A DNA stretch of 64,000 bases from an uncultured Eubacteriales bacterium (GTDB lineage: Bacteria; Bacillota; Clostridia; TANB77; CAG-508): NCBI GenBank assembly GCA_949288095.1, contig CASEIX010000023.1:9977-73976 (forward strand), given 5' to 3'. Position 1 is the first letter of the stretch, and each line of letters starts with the position of its first letter. Shown piece by piece: positions 37,506-47,319 of this stretch. Under the pieces are notes generated by a model. That model saw only the letters and a program-made list of their open reading frames with translations. It did no database searches and was not told the DNA's origin. A program made the translations under genes and the position numbers.

Positions 37506-38024
37506 ATGAATGTACTAATTAATGAAACAAGAATTGAAAAAAGATTGGATGAAATGGCAAAACAAATAGACAAAGATTATGAAGGAAAAGAAATCATCTT
37601 AATTGGTATTTTAAAAGGTTCAGTTGTATTTATGGTAGAATTAGCCAAAAGACTAAAAACAAAAGTGCAATTTGAATTTATAGAAGTATCTAGTTATGAG
37701 GGAACAGAAACGACCGGAAAAGTAAAGATTGTAAAAGATATTAAAAACAGTATTGAAGGAAAAGATGTATTAATTATAGAAGATATTATCGATACAGGAA
37801 CAACTTTAGCATTTTTAAAAGATTATTTGAAATTAAAAAGACCAAATAGTTTAAAAATTGCAACTTTACTTAGCAAACCATCAAGAAGAACAAAGGAATT
37901 AGAAGTAGAATATATAGGATTTAGAATAGAAGATAAATTTGTTGTAGGATATGGTTTAGATTATAATCAAAACTATAGAAATTTACCATATATTGGCTAT
38001 GTAGAAAGCGAAGATGAGTTTTAA
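37506..38024 (+). CDS. hpt: Hypoxanthine phosphoribosyltransferase
   Basis: PRPP-binding motif VLIIEDIIDTGTTL and VVGYGLDY. A terminator follows. Confidence 0.9.
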   Translation: MNVLINETRIEKRLDEMAKQIDKDYEGKEIILIGILKGSVVFMVELAKRLKTKVQFEFIEVSSYEGTETTGKVKIVKDIKNSIEGKDVLIIEDIIDTGTTLAFLKDYLKLKRPNSLKIATLLSKPSRRTKELEVEYIGFRIEDKFVVGYGLDYNQNYRNLPYIGYVESEDEF

Positions 38025-38140
38025 AAAAAGAAGAAAAGTTTTCAAGACTTTTCTTTTTTTTTTCAAAACAAATAGATTGTATTTAAAAGAAAATAATATA
38101 ATGAAAACTCAAAAAATGCTTTGGAAAAAATAGAAATAAT

Positions 38141-38179
38141 AGTCAAAAATTGACTTTATGTAAATTAATATAGTATAAT
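38141..38179 (+). promoter_or_regulatory. Putative promoter of the tandem large-paralog operon, with an overlapping palindrome
   Basis: TTGACT (38150..38155)-N18-TATAAT (38174..38179). The palindrome AGTCAA-AAA-TTGACT (38141..38155) covers the -35 element. Confidence 0.45.
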
Positions 38180-38198
38180 AGAAAATAGAGGTGAGCGA

Positions 38199-41060
38199 AT
38201 GGTAGATATTCATAAAATGACAATAAGAGAAATCGATAAACAATTTCATTTGCAAATGGAGTTTAGTGATGTTCCATATATATTACATAAGAGAATTACG
38301 CAAGAAGAAATCACACAAAGATTTGGAACGATAGATAACACTGCAATTTCTATGTCTGATATATTAGACTATTTAGAAGAAAACGAAAAAGATGTAGATA
38401 AAGAAAGGCTAATGGTAGTTAATTTAAATTCCTATACACAAATAAAGAACTTTCAAAGTAGAGTAAAAAATCACATGGGAGTATTTGGATTTGAAGAAAA
38501 AGAAATAGAAAGAGACTGGAACAAGGCTAGAGACTGTGTAGCAGAATTTTGTGAAGAAAAAGACATTGCATTTGCAAAACAAGAATCTGTAGGAGGAAGA
38601 TACTTTACAAAGGTAGTATCTAGTAGAGAGCTTTTAGGTAAACCTGTATCAGAAGAAGAAAGAAAACAAGAAAAAGCGAATAGAAGAGTTATCAAAATGC
38701 TTTCTGAAGAGGCCTTATTAAATGCATTATTACAAACCAAAGACTTAGAAGACCAAGAAGAAATATTTAAAGTTCCAGGATTAGGAAACAATATATTACA
38801 GACAATGGTATACAATTCTTTTTTGAAAATGCAACTTTCCCCATCCAAGATTAGAAAACTTATAGAAACAGAAAAATTAGATGTATATTTGGAAGCACAT
38901 TTGCTTCAATTAGATGGGACAGAAATTAAGAAAGCATTTGAAGGTGTAGAAAAGTATATAGATATGGAAAAAATGTGTTTATATACTTTATCTAATCTTA
39001 TTACACAACTTGAAAATGCAGATATTATCTATTATACAATAAAAGACGAAAAAAGGGGTGTTTCAATTTATGAAGCATGTATGGGAACAAATGCACAATT
39101 AATTCCCTATTTGGAAAAAAGTTTAGGAGAATATAATTCCATTTTATCTGATTTCAAAACAGAATTTACGATAGGAGATAAAACCTATACAACTGAAGAA
39201 CTTAAAGAAAATATGAAAAAATATATACATGGCAGATATTTATCTAGCTTTTCCATAGAAGAACAAATTAAAATCTTTTTAGAAAAGGGAATTCAAGAAA
39301 CAGGAATGCATAAGAGTCAACTACAATACATTCAACAATATATTGTAACTGAAAGAGGTGTAAAAAACTTAAAAGAATTAAATCAAATGATGGATATACA
39401 GCTATTGAATGAAAGAGATGTCGTAAAATTATATGAGAATAGAAAATTAAGTCTGGAAAATATAAAAGAAATGAGAGAAAGACTAAATTTAGAAAGACAA
39501 ATAACACCTGCATCAATACAAAATCAAATAGCTTCTTTGCAAAATGTGAAAGAGGAAAAAAGGCAGTATGAAGAGGAAACAGTTAAAAGATATGTCGCAT
39601 TATATAGAGAAATATATGTTACGGGAAAAACAGAGGAAGAAATATTAGAAGAAGCAAAAAGATTATTACAAAGACCAGAAAGTATGAAAAAGAAAAATGA
39701 TGCAAAAACGCCGATAGAAGAACATGCAGATTTATTAAGATTTGGTGCCATTTCTGAAGAAACATATATAAAATTAATGGAAAGAGGAATCATAAGTGTA
39801 GAGGATTTTATAAATCAATATCAAAATGATTTGATTCATATCGATACAATTCGAAAATTAAAAGAAGAAGGCGTAGAATTTAAAGGGGTAGATATAGAAA
39901 AACAAATCATAGATAACTATATGGAGATAAGAGAGCAAGAAAATCTTGATGATAAAGAATTAAAAAAATTCATTGCATTATATAAAGTACTCCAATTAAG
40001 TGGATTATCAGAAGAAGAAAAAATCGATAAAGCAGATGAGTTTGTGATGAAAATTGGTGTGAAAATAGAAAATGATATAAAGGCAAAAAAACAAACAAGA
40101 GAATTTGGTGCCAAAGACAGAAAGCAATTATATGAATTAGGAGTTATTCCAATAGATACAGTGGTGTTTTGGGGAGAAAGACAGGAATTGATGGAATTAT
40201 TGAAAAGCAAACTTTTAGTACCAAAAGATGTCAGAAAATTATACGAAAATGGAAGAATTTCTATGCGTGATTTTGAAGAAATGATGGAATCACCCAATAT
40301 GACAATAGGACAAAAATTACATTTAGTAAATATGGTGTTTTCTACGCACGAAGTGGCTGGTATAAGGCAAGAATTAATGACAAAAATAAAAGGATTAAAA
40401 AGTGTTACTAATTCAGAGAGTATTGCGGGAAAAAGAGGACAAAAGGGAGCTTTAAAGAAACAGAAAGAATTTGTAGATAAATCCAATGAGAATAGTCGTT
40501 ATATCTTTGATACAGCAGAAAGATATAATGCGTGGATAGAAGCAGATGAAAATGTTGCTATGTCACTTTTTGATGATGGGCATTTAGCAATTGAATTACC
40601 AAATCTAAAAGGTGGTATAGTGGTATTAGAACAATTGTGGAAATCTAAAACAGTAGTGGAAAATGGAGAAAAAAACGAACAACTTGTAGATAAATATGGT
40701 GCAACTGGTTATGTATTAACGATAGAAGAATATGAAAAATATAAAGAAAGTTTTGTAAGTTCAGACAATCGAATTGAAAGATCAAATCTAATTGAACTGA
40801 TAGGAAGTTTACCAAGTCTCGAAGAAAAAACGATAGGAAGAAAATTAATTCATAGTAAAAACAAATATACAATGGATGTCCAAAAGTTATTAGGCATACC
40901 AAATGATTTAGCAGAAGCAAGAACAGATAGTAAAAGACAACAAGCATTAAAAAGAATAAAAGATAGTAAAATATATACTTCAGAAGAAAAAGCAAGAATT
41001 ATTCGAATACATGAAATGTGGGAGCAAATACGACAAAATAGAGATAAATATATAGAATAA
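38199..41060 (+). CDS. Large (953 aa) Lys/Glu-rich, apparently cytoplasmic protein of unknown function (paralog A)
   Basis: Long uninterrupted ORF with RBS AGAGGTGAG. No signal peptide, TM segment or catalytic motif recognised. Collinear with the next gene. Confidence 0.75.
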   Translation: MVDIHKMTIREIDKQFHLQMEFSDVPYILHKRITQEEITQRFGTIDNTAISMSDILDYLEENEKDVDKERLMVVNLNSYTQIKNFQSRVKNHMGVFGFEEKEIERDWNKARDCVAEFCEEKDIAFAKQESVGGRYFTKVVSSRELLGKPVSEEERKQEKANRRVIKMLSEEALLNALLQTKDLEDQEEIFKVPGLGNNILQTMVYNSFLKMQLSPSKIRKLIETEKLDVYLEAHLLQLDGTEIKKAFEGVEKYIDMEKMCLYTLSNLITQLENADIIYYTIKDEKRGVSIYEACMGTNAQLIPYLEKSLGEYNSILSDFKTEFTIGDKTYTTEELKENMKKYIHGRYLSSFSIEEQIKIFLEKGIQETGMHKSQLQYIQQYIVTERGVKNLKELNQMMDIQLLNERDVVKLYENRKLSLENIKEMRERLNLERQITPASIQNQIASLQNVKEEKRQYEEETVKRYVALYREIYVTGKTEEEILEEAKRLLQRPESMKKKNDAKTPIEEHADLLRFGAISEETYIKLMERGIISVEDFINQYQNDLIHIDTIRKLKEEGVEFKGVDIEKQIIDNYMEIREQENLDDKELKKFIALYKVLQLSGLSEEEKIDKADEFVMKIGVKIENDIKAKKQTREFGAKDRKQLYELGVIPIDTVVFWGERQELMELLKSKLLVPKDVRKLYENGRISMRDFEEMMESPNMTIGQKLHLVNMVFSTHEVAGIRQELMTKIKGLKSVTNSESIAGKRGQKGALKKQKEFVDKSNENSRYIFDTAERYNAWIEADENVAMSLFDDGHLAIELPNLKGGIVVLEQLWKSKTVVENGEKNEQLVDKYGATGYVLTIEEYEKYKESFVSSDNRIERSNLIELIGSLPSLEEKTIGRKLIHSKNKYTMDVQKLLGIPNDLAEARTDSKRQQALKRIKDSKIYTSEEKARIIRIHEMWEQIRQNRDKYIE

Positions 41061-41088
41061 CAAGTTATTATAAATAGAGAGGTGAAAA

Positions 41089-43989
41089 ATGAAGAGTTTA
41101 GAAGAAATAAGTATTCAAGAATTGGATAACATATGTCCATTGCAAGTTCTAGAAGTAGATGTTCCATATGTTATAAGAAATAAATCAACTGAAACAGTTA
41201 AGAAAGATTTAAAGGCAATTATGAGAGATGAAAGAAGTAAACGAGAAAAAAGAGAAAATGATAGAAATAAACAAAGCAAACTAGGAACACGTTTAAAAGT
41301 AACAGAAGGATATGACGAAAATATTATGCCACACAGAAGAATCATAGAATATTTAATAGAAAATGATGCTGATAAAAGAATAGCGTTATTAATTAGTTTA
41401 TACAGATACAAAACAGCTATAGATAGTATCAATGATATTCATCATCCTAATAGAAAATATTTAATTAGTGAAAGAGAGAAAATTGAAGCAGGGCTTGAAG
41501 AAACGCAAAAACTGGCACAAGCGTTATTAAAAGATGAAAAGGATATACGAATTAGCAGATTAGGAAAACGTGGAAAGGATTATTTTATAGAAGTTATTTC
41601 TAGTAGAGAACTTCTCAATAAGATGCCATCTCAAGGAGAAAGAAAACAGGAAAGAGAAAATATCAAAATCATACATGAATTACCACCAAAAGCACTTTTT
41701 TCAGCATTGTTGATAGTAAATAGTTATGTAGAAAATCAAGCAGATATAGTTGACATACAAGGATTGGTTAACCAAATATTAGAATTAACAAAGGCAAAAG
41801 TAAGAGCAAAAGGTAAGTTAACACAGGAAGATATAGATGCATTTGAAAATCCAGAAGAATATGTAGAAACATATCCACTAGAAAGAAAAGTCAATATGTT
41901 ATATCCAGAAATAGCAGAGACAATTGAAGGAGTAGAAAAATATTTTCATATGCCTAAAATATGTTTGTATACGATTATGAAAATGGTGGAAGCATCAGAG
42001 AATGGAGAAACAAGTTTTTTTATAGGAAATGAAATTTCTCTAGAAAGCAATCCAGAAAGAGATTACCTAAATTTAGAACCCTATTTACCTCAATTCTATT
42101 CACTTATAAAAGGAAAAAAAATAGAAATTTCACTTGAAGGGAAAACATATACTACTGAGGACGCTGAAAAGGCAATGAAAAAATTTGTTAATGGAAGATA
42201 TATGTCAGATTCGGCAATGAAAGATATGATTAATGAATTATTACAAAGTGGAAAAAATGCATCTGTTATAGATATAAAACAATTACAATATATAAGAGAA
42301 TATATTGTGAATAGTAGAGGGGTAATATCTACAATTGAATTAAAAAATATGATACGTATTGGATTATTAACAGGACAAGATGTTTTAAAAATGTATGAAA
42401 ATCGAAAACTTAGTTTAGAAAATGTGTTAGCTATTCAAGAAGATATGGACTTAAAAGAATTTCTAACACCTGCCTATATCGTAGAAAGGTTTAGTGAATT
42501 AGAAAATTTAAATGATGAAGAACATACCTATGAGAGAGAAACCATCAAAAGGTATTTGAATTTATATAAAGCATTATATTTAGAAGGAAAATCAGAAGAA
42601 GAGTTAGAAAATGCAGGAAAAGAGTTGATAGAAGAATTAAAAAAATCAGAGAAAGAATATGATGAAAGAAGAGAATCAAGAAAACAAGAAGGATTATTAA
42701 GATATGGATTAATTTCTGAAAGAACATATGCGTTATTAGCTTCTAAAGGAATAATAAGACCAGAGGATTTTATGAACCTGTATCAGAAAGATATTATTCA
42801 TCTGAAAACGATAGAGCAATTAAGAGAAGAAGGAACTTATTTTGATAATGTTGATATAGAAGCATATATTATAGACAGTTATATGAAAATAAGAGAAAAT
42901 GAAAATTCTGATAAAACAGAGTTGAAGAAGTATATTGCATTATATAAAGTAGTTCAATTAAGCGGATTATCAGAAGAAGAAAGAAATGAAAAAGCAAATG
43001 ATTTGGTAATCAATATTGGAACAAGGATAGAAAGTGACATAGAAGCTGGAAAACAAATAAAAGCATTTGGAAAAGAAGATAGAAAAAACTTATATGAACT
43101 AGAAGCAATTCCAATAGATACAGTTGTACTTTGGGCAGACAAAGGTGAATTGATAGAACTTTTGAAGAGTGAATTTTTAGTTCCAAAAGATTTGAAAAAG
43201 CTATATCAACAAAACAGTATTATTTTACATGATATACAAGAAATCATAGAATCTCCAGATGTAAAATTAGAGCAAAAAATAGCTATCATTAATATAGTAT
43301 TTCCATCACCAGAAGATGCAGAAATAAGGGATATATTATTTGGGAAAATAACAGAATTAGATGAAACCGTGGCTTCTGAAAAAGAATCTACACATAGAGG
43401 GGTAAGAAATGGTAGTACAAAACCAAAATATCGTAAACATATATTTGATACGGCAGTTCGATATAATAGCTGGATACAATCAGATGAAAATGTAAGAATG
43501 GAAATTTTAAATGATGGGCATATTGCTGTACATTTGCCAAATGTAAAAGAAGGAATTGTTGTCATTGAACAATTTTATCAATTAAAAAAAGCAAAAAATG
43601 GAAAAAGAAACATGGATGATGCATGGGGAGTAGGAGGCTATGTATTACCTGAAGAGGATTATCAAGCAAACAAAGAGCAATTTATTACCAAGGATTATCG
43701 AGTTGACCGTCAACAGTTAGGAAATATTGTAAAAGAATTAGAACCAATGTTAGAAGGTAAAGGAATATCTGGAAAATTGTATCATTTTCAAAATTATCCA
43801 GAGGTGGTACAAAAACTAATAGGAATACCAGTAGATTTAGCAAAAGCTAAAACAGAAGAAGAGAGAGAAAAGGCAATCAGAATGTTGGAAGACAGTAAAC
43901 AATATTCAACTGAAGAAATGGAAAGAATAAAAGCTACAAGCGAGGTTTGGAAAAGAGTAAGAGAGAGTAGAAAAGCTTACGAAAAATAA
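41089..43989 (+). CDS. Large (966 aa) protein of unknown function (paralog B of 38199..41060)
   Basis: Starts 28 nt after paralog A, with RBS AGAGAGGTG. Many blocks are shared with A in the same order: DVPY, ISSRELL, ERKQE, GVEKY, GKTYTTE, KQLQYI, YENRKLSLEN, ALYKV.QLSGLSEEE, IPIDTVV, FDTA.RYN.WI and GIVV.EQ. Confidence 0.75.
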   Translation: MKSLEEISIQELDNICPLQVLEVDVPYVIRNKSTETVKKDLKAIMRDERSKREKRENDRNKQSKLGTRLKVTEGYDENIMPHRRIIEYLIENDADKRIALLISLYRYKTAIDSINDIHHPNRKYLISEREKIEAGLEETQKLAQALLKDEKDIRISRLGKRGKDYFIEVISSRELLNKMPSQGERKQERENIKIIHELPPKALFSALLIVNSYVENQADIVDIQGLVNQILELTKAKVRAKGKLTQEDIDAFENPEEYVETYPLERKVNMLYPEIAETIEGVEKYFHMPKICLYTIMKMVEASENGETSFFIGNEISLESNPERDYLNLEPYLPQFYSLIKGKKIEISLEGKTYTTEDAEKAMKKFVNGRYMSDSAMKDMINELLQSGKNASVIDIKQLQYIREYIVNSRGVISTIELKNMIRIGLLTGQDVLKMYENRKLSLENVLAIQEDMDLKEFLTPAYIVERFSELENLNDEEHTYERETIKRYLNLYKALYLEGKSEEELENAGKELIEELKKSEKEYDERRESRKQEGLLRYGLISERTYALLASKGIIRPEDFMNLYQKDIIHLKTIEQLREEGTYFDNVDIEAYIIDSYMKIRENENSDKTELKKYIALYKVVQLSGLSEEERNEKANDLVINIGTRIESDIEAGKQIKAFGKEDRKNLYELEAIPIDTVVLWADKGELIELLKSEFLVPKDLKKLYQQNSIILHDIQEIIESPDVKLEQKIAIINIVFPSPEDAEIRDILFGKITELDETVASEKESTHRGVRNGSTKPKYRKHIFDTAVRYNSWIQSDENVRMEILNDGHIAVHLPNVKEGIVVIEQFYQLKKAKNGKRNMDDAWGVGGYVLPEEDYQANKEQFITKDYRVDRQQLGNIVKELEPMLEGKGISGKLYHFQNYPEVVQKLIGIPVDLAKAKTEEEREKAIRMLEDSKQYSTEEMERIKATSEVWKRVRESRKAYEK

Positions 43990-44044
43990 ATAAAACATTT
44001 GGCATGAAAACAATGATGTGATATACTATATAAAGTAGATAAAA

Positions 44045-44071
44045 GAAAGACTTATAAAATATAAGCCTTTC
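44045..44071 (+). terminator. Hairpin after paralog B (weak terminator)
   Basis: Stem GAAAGACTTATA / TATAAGCCTTTC with one mismatch and only a weak T tract. Confidence 0.4.
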
Positions 44072-44165
44072 TAATTTGTTTTCATAAAGCCTTTTACAAT
44101 AAAGGAACTTTGGGAGTAAATACCGATAATAGAGAAATTCAATAAAGACAAAGGAATGAAATGAA

Positions 44166-46025
44166 ATGTTTGATATAGAAGAAGAATTAAAAAAATTACC
44201 AGGAAAGCCTGGCGTATATATTATGCATGATAAAGAGGATAACATTATCTATGTAGGAAAAGCGGTTTCACTAAAAAATAGGGTTAGACAATATTTTAGA
44301 AAAAACAATAAAACCGCTAGAATTGAAAAAATGGTTTCTTTAATTGACCATTTTGAATATATTGTGGTAGATAATGAGGCAGAAGCTTTAATATTAGAAT
44401 GTAATTTAATTAAAAAGAATAGACCCAAATTTAATGTGTTATTAAAAGATGATAAAACTTATCCCTATATAAAAATTGATGTAAAATCAGAGTATCCAGG
44501 AGTCTATTATACAAGAAGAATCATCAATGATGGTTCAAAATATTTTGGACCATATGCCAATCCAGGGGCAGCAAAAGAAATGTTAGACTTTATTAAAGAA
44601 AGATATAAAATTCATCAATGTAGAACCTTAAAAGAAAGAACAAGACCCTGCTTAAATTACCATATAGGTAGATGTTTGGCACCATGCATGGGAAATGTAG
44701 ATAAAGATGAATACCGAAAACAAGTCAATGAAATCATCGATTTGTTAGAGGGAAAAACAGATAAGGTTTTAAAAGATTTAGATTTACAAATGCAAGAAGC
44801 ATCTCAAAAAATGGAATATGAAAAAGCAGCGTATTTAAGGGATAGAAAACAAGCAATCGAAAGGGCCTCAGCGAAACAAAAAGTATCCAATATATCAGAA
44901 AATAGTATTGATGTTATCGGAATTGCAAAATCAGATTTAGAAGTTTGTGTAGAAATCTTTTTTGTAAGAGGAAGTAAAATGATAGGAAGAGAACAATACT
45001 TCTATAAAGATTTAAAAGACATGGAAGATAAAGAAATTCTTTCAGGATTCATCAAACAATATTATTTTGATAATCCAAACATTCCTAGTAAAATTATGAT
45101 AAGAGAAGAAATTGAAGATAGAGAGGCAATTGAAAGTTGGTTATCCATAGAATTAGGAAAAAAAGTGGAAATCAAAACACCTAAAAAAGGTGAAAAATTA
45201 AGATTTGTAGAAATGGCAGAAAATAATGCAAAAGTAACACTAGATAATAAAGAAAAAGATAAAAGTGAAATTTTATTAGAATTAAAAGAAGTATTAAAAA
45301 TGGATATATTACCAAGAAAAATAGAAACTTTTGATATATCGAATATATCAGGTGAATACATGGTAGCTGGAATGTGTGTTATGCAAGATGGTGTGATTAA
45401 AAAGAATTTATCTAGAAGATTTAAAATCAAAACAGTATATGGACAAGATGATCCTAAATGTATGGAAGAAGTAATCACTAGAAGATTAAGACATTCTATT
45501 GAAAATCCAAATGGTGGATTTGGAAAACTTCCAGATGTCATATTTGCAGATGGTGGTATTACCCAAATACGAGCAACAAAACAAGCAATTGAAAATGCTT
45601 TAAAAGAAGAAAAAGAAAAAATTATGCAAGAAGATATGACAGAGCAAGACAAAAAAGAAAAACTAGAAATGATAGAAAAAGAATTAGATATTAAAGTGTT
45701 TGGTATGGTTAAAAATGATAAACACCAAACAAGAGCTTTAATGGATGAAAACAGAAATGAATTAACCATTTCAGAAAACTTAATGAAACTCATTACCAGA
45801 TTTCAAGATACTGTTCATGATACAGCCATTACTTATCATAGAAAATTAAGAGACAAGGAAATCACAAAATCAGAATTAGATGATATCAAAGGAATTGGTA
45901 AAGTCAAAAAACAGGCTTTATTAAAACAATTTGGAAGTGTAGAAAAGATAAAACAAGCATCCATAGAAGAATTAATGAAAGTAAAAGGTATTACAAAAGA
46001 GTTAGCAGAAAAATTGAAGAAATAA
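44166..46025 (+). CDS. uvrC: Excinuclease ABC subunit C
   Basis: GIY-YIG N-terminus PGVYIMHDKEDNIIYVGKA, a UVR motif, and a C-terminal HhH (IKGIGKVKKQALLKQFGS). Confidence 0.95.
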   Translation: MFDIEEELKKLPGKPGVYIMHDKEDNIIYVGKAVSLKNRVRQYFRKNNKTARIEKMVSLIDHFEYIVVDNEAEALILECNLIKKNRPKFNVLLKDDKTYPYIKIDVKSEYPGVYYTRRIINDGSKYFGPYANPGAAKEMLDFIKERYKIHQCRTLKERTRPCLNYHIGRCLAPCMGNVDKDEYRKQVNEIIDLLEGKTDKVLKDLDLQMQEASQKMEYEKAAYLRDRKQAIERASAKQKVSNISENSIDVIGIAKSDLEVCVEIFFVRGSKMIGREQYFYKDLKDMEDKEILSGFIKQYYFDNPNIPSKIMIREEIEDREAIESWLSIELGKKVEIKTPKKGEKLRFVEMAENNAKVTLDNKEKDKSEILLELKEVLKMDILPRKIETFDISNISGEYMVAGMCVMQDGVIKKNLSRRFKIKTVYGQDDPKCMEEVITRRLRHSIENPNGGFGKLPDVIFADGGITQIRATKQAIENALKEEKEKIMQEDMTEQDKKEKLEMIEKELDIKVFGMVKNDKHQTRALMDENRNELTISENLMKLITRFQDTVHDTAITYHRKLRDKEITKSELDDIKGIGKVKKQALLKQFGSVEKIKQASIEELMKVKGITKELAEKLKK

Positions 46026-46045
46026 AAATAAATAGAGATAAAAAA

Positions 46046-46089
46046 AGTGGGGAAACCCCACTCCGGGCATATCAGATATGCCCTTTTTT
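46046..46089 (+). terminator. Two consecutive hairpins after uvrC; the second has a T6 tract
   Basis: AGTGGGG-AAA-CCCCACT (46046..46062) and GGGCATAT-CAG-ATATGCCC (46065..46083) followed by TTTTTT. Confidence 0.75.
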
Positions 46090-46218
46090 GATTTGCCCCA
46101 AAAGGGCTAGACTAGGGTAGCGACCGGCTAACCCATATTTTATTTTACGAGCCCGAATGTGAAAGAGTAAAATTCCCACACTTATCAGACTCACTAAAAA
46201 AATAATTGCTTTTTTCAT
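46072..46218 (-). CDS. Small (48 aa) protein with a hydrophobic N-terminus and a basic C-terminus
   Basis: Not in the ORF track. AAAGGAGG lies 7 nt upstream of the ATG. Sequence MKKAIIFLVSLISVGILLFHIRARKIKYGLAGRYPSLALLGQIKKGHI. Upstream promoter-like TTGTTA-N17-TATACT. GC content is well above the local background. Confidence 0.45.
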   Translation of the reverse strand: MKKAIIFLVSLISVGILLFHIRARKIKYGLAGRYPSLALLGQIKKGHI

Positions 46219-46356
46219 ATCTAAATCCTCCTTTATAAATGAAAAAAGCGTTACCAGAGATTATTCTCTGGACAGTATCTTAAACAGTATATCATGAAAT
46301 TAGGATAATAACAATAGAAAACAAAAAAGTAAATATAACCTTACAAGATAAAAAAC

Positions 46357-46385
46357 TTGAAAAAATAATTAATTTGTAGTATAAT
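46357..46385 (+). promoter_or_regulatory. Near-consensus sigma-A promoter for the 78-aa gene
   Basis: TTGAAA-N17-TATAAT, followed by an AAAGGAGGAG RBS. Confidence 0.5.
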
Positions 46386-46417
46386 TAAGTTATAAACAAA
46401 TCAAAGGAGGAGTAAGA

Positions 46418-46654
46418 ATGAATAATAAGAGTAAAGTCCGGGCTATAGTTTGGACATTGGAAACATGGGCTGGGGTAATGAGTTTTTTATTTATGAGCAA
46501 CAATTGGGAAGTGTTTGTTCAATTTATAAGGACGTTAACTCCGGCAGCGTTAACGACACTGCTTTTGCCAACGTTTCTGGCGGGAATTGTGGCAAAGGCC
46601 AACTGGCCAAAGCATGAAAAGAAGCCGTCAAGAAAGACTGCAGAGCACAACTGA
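46418..46654 (+). CDS. Small (78 aa) membrane protein with GC-rich coding sequence
   Basis: Strong RBS, two hydrophobic segments, and a hairpin plus T-run terminator at about 46663..46705. Confidence 0.55.
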   Translation: MNNKSKVRAIVWTLETWAGVMSFLFMSNNWEVFVQFIRTLTPAALTTLLLPTFLAGIVAKANWPKHEKKPSRKTAEHN

Positions 46655-46762
46655 AAGAGGGACTGTTAGTAAGATATGAGAGTGTCTTACTAATGGTCTT
46701 TTTTTATGTATTAGGAATAATTTATTAAAGTAATGCATATACATATATTAGGAGGGATGAAT

Positions 46763-46975
46763 ATGCAAAATACAAATGAAGGGATTTTTATATGTACATA
46801 TGATAGTAAAGTATTGAGAATGAGAGAAAAAACAAAGAAAAATTGGAAGGACAAGTTATATACAAGTATAACAAAACATAAATTTATATCAATAGTTATA
46901 TTATCATTTATTATGTTGTCTGGCATAAATGTAATGATGGTATATCATTTCTTTAAAATTTTACAAAACATTTGA
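46763..46975 (+). CDS. Small (70 aa) single-pass membrane protein
   Basis: ATG at 46763 after AGGAGGG. C-terminal TM segment FISIVILSFIMLSGINVMMVY. Confidence 0.5.
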   Translation: MQNTNEGIFICTYDSKVLRMREKTKKNWKDKLYTSITKHKFISIVILSFIMLSGINVMMVYHFFKILQNI

Positions 46976-47025
46976 ATTTATGAAAAAAAGGAAGTATAAT
47001 ATATAACAAGAAAGGAGCTAAAAAT

Positions 47026-47169
47026 ATGAGTATAAAATACAATGTTATGATACAAAAAGAAGAAGAATGGTATGTAGCAAAATGTTTAGATAATAATGTT
47101 GCATCACAAGGAAAAACGATAGAAGAAGCATTAAAAAATTTAAGAGAAGCATTAGAATTATATTTATAG
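47026..47169 (+). CDS. hicB: HicB-family (UPF0150) antitoxin-like small protein, orphan
   Basis: Not in the ORF track (47 aa). AAAGGAG RBS. Sequence MSIKYNVMIQKEEEWYVAKCLDNNVASQGKTIEEALKNLREALELYL follows the HicB N-domain pattern (...GY.A.cP.l.g..sqG.T.eEAl.N..EAielyl). Confidence 0.6.
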   Translation: MSIKYNVMIQKEEEWYVAKCLDNNVASQGKTIEEALKNLREALELYL

Positions 47170-47319
47170 ATATAGAATTAGAAGAATTTTTAAAATATTT
47201 AAAATCGTAAAATTTTTAAATCGGCAAATACCCTTGGAAAAATCAAAAAAATATGGTAAAATATAGCTATTCTAATAATAGGAGGAATAGTAGCTTATTA
47301 ATGCTACTTGAAAAGAATT

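Noticed and set aside
47170-47307. A HicA toxin or a C-terminal continuation of HicB downstream of the HicB-like ORF.
   Set aside because: All three frames are closed by stop codons within a few codons, and no YcfA/HicA-like sequence is seen.
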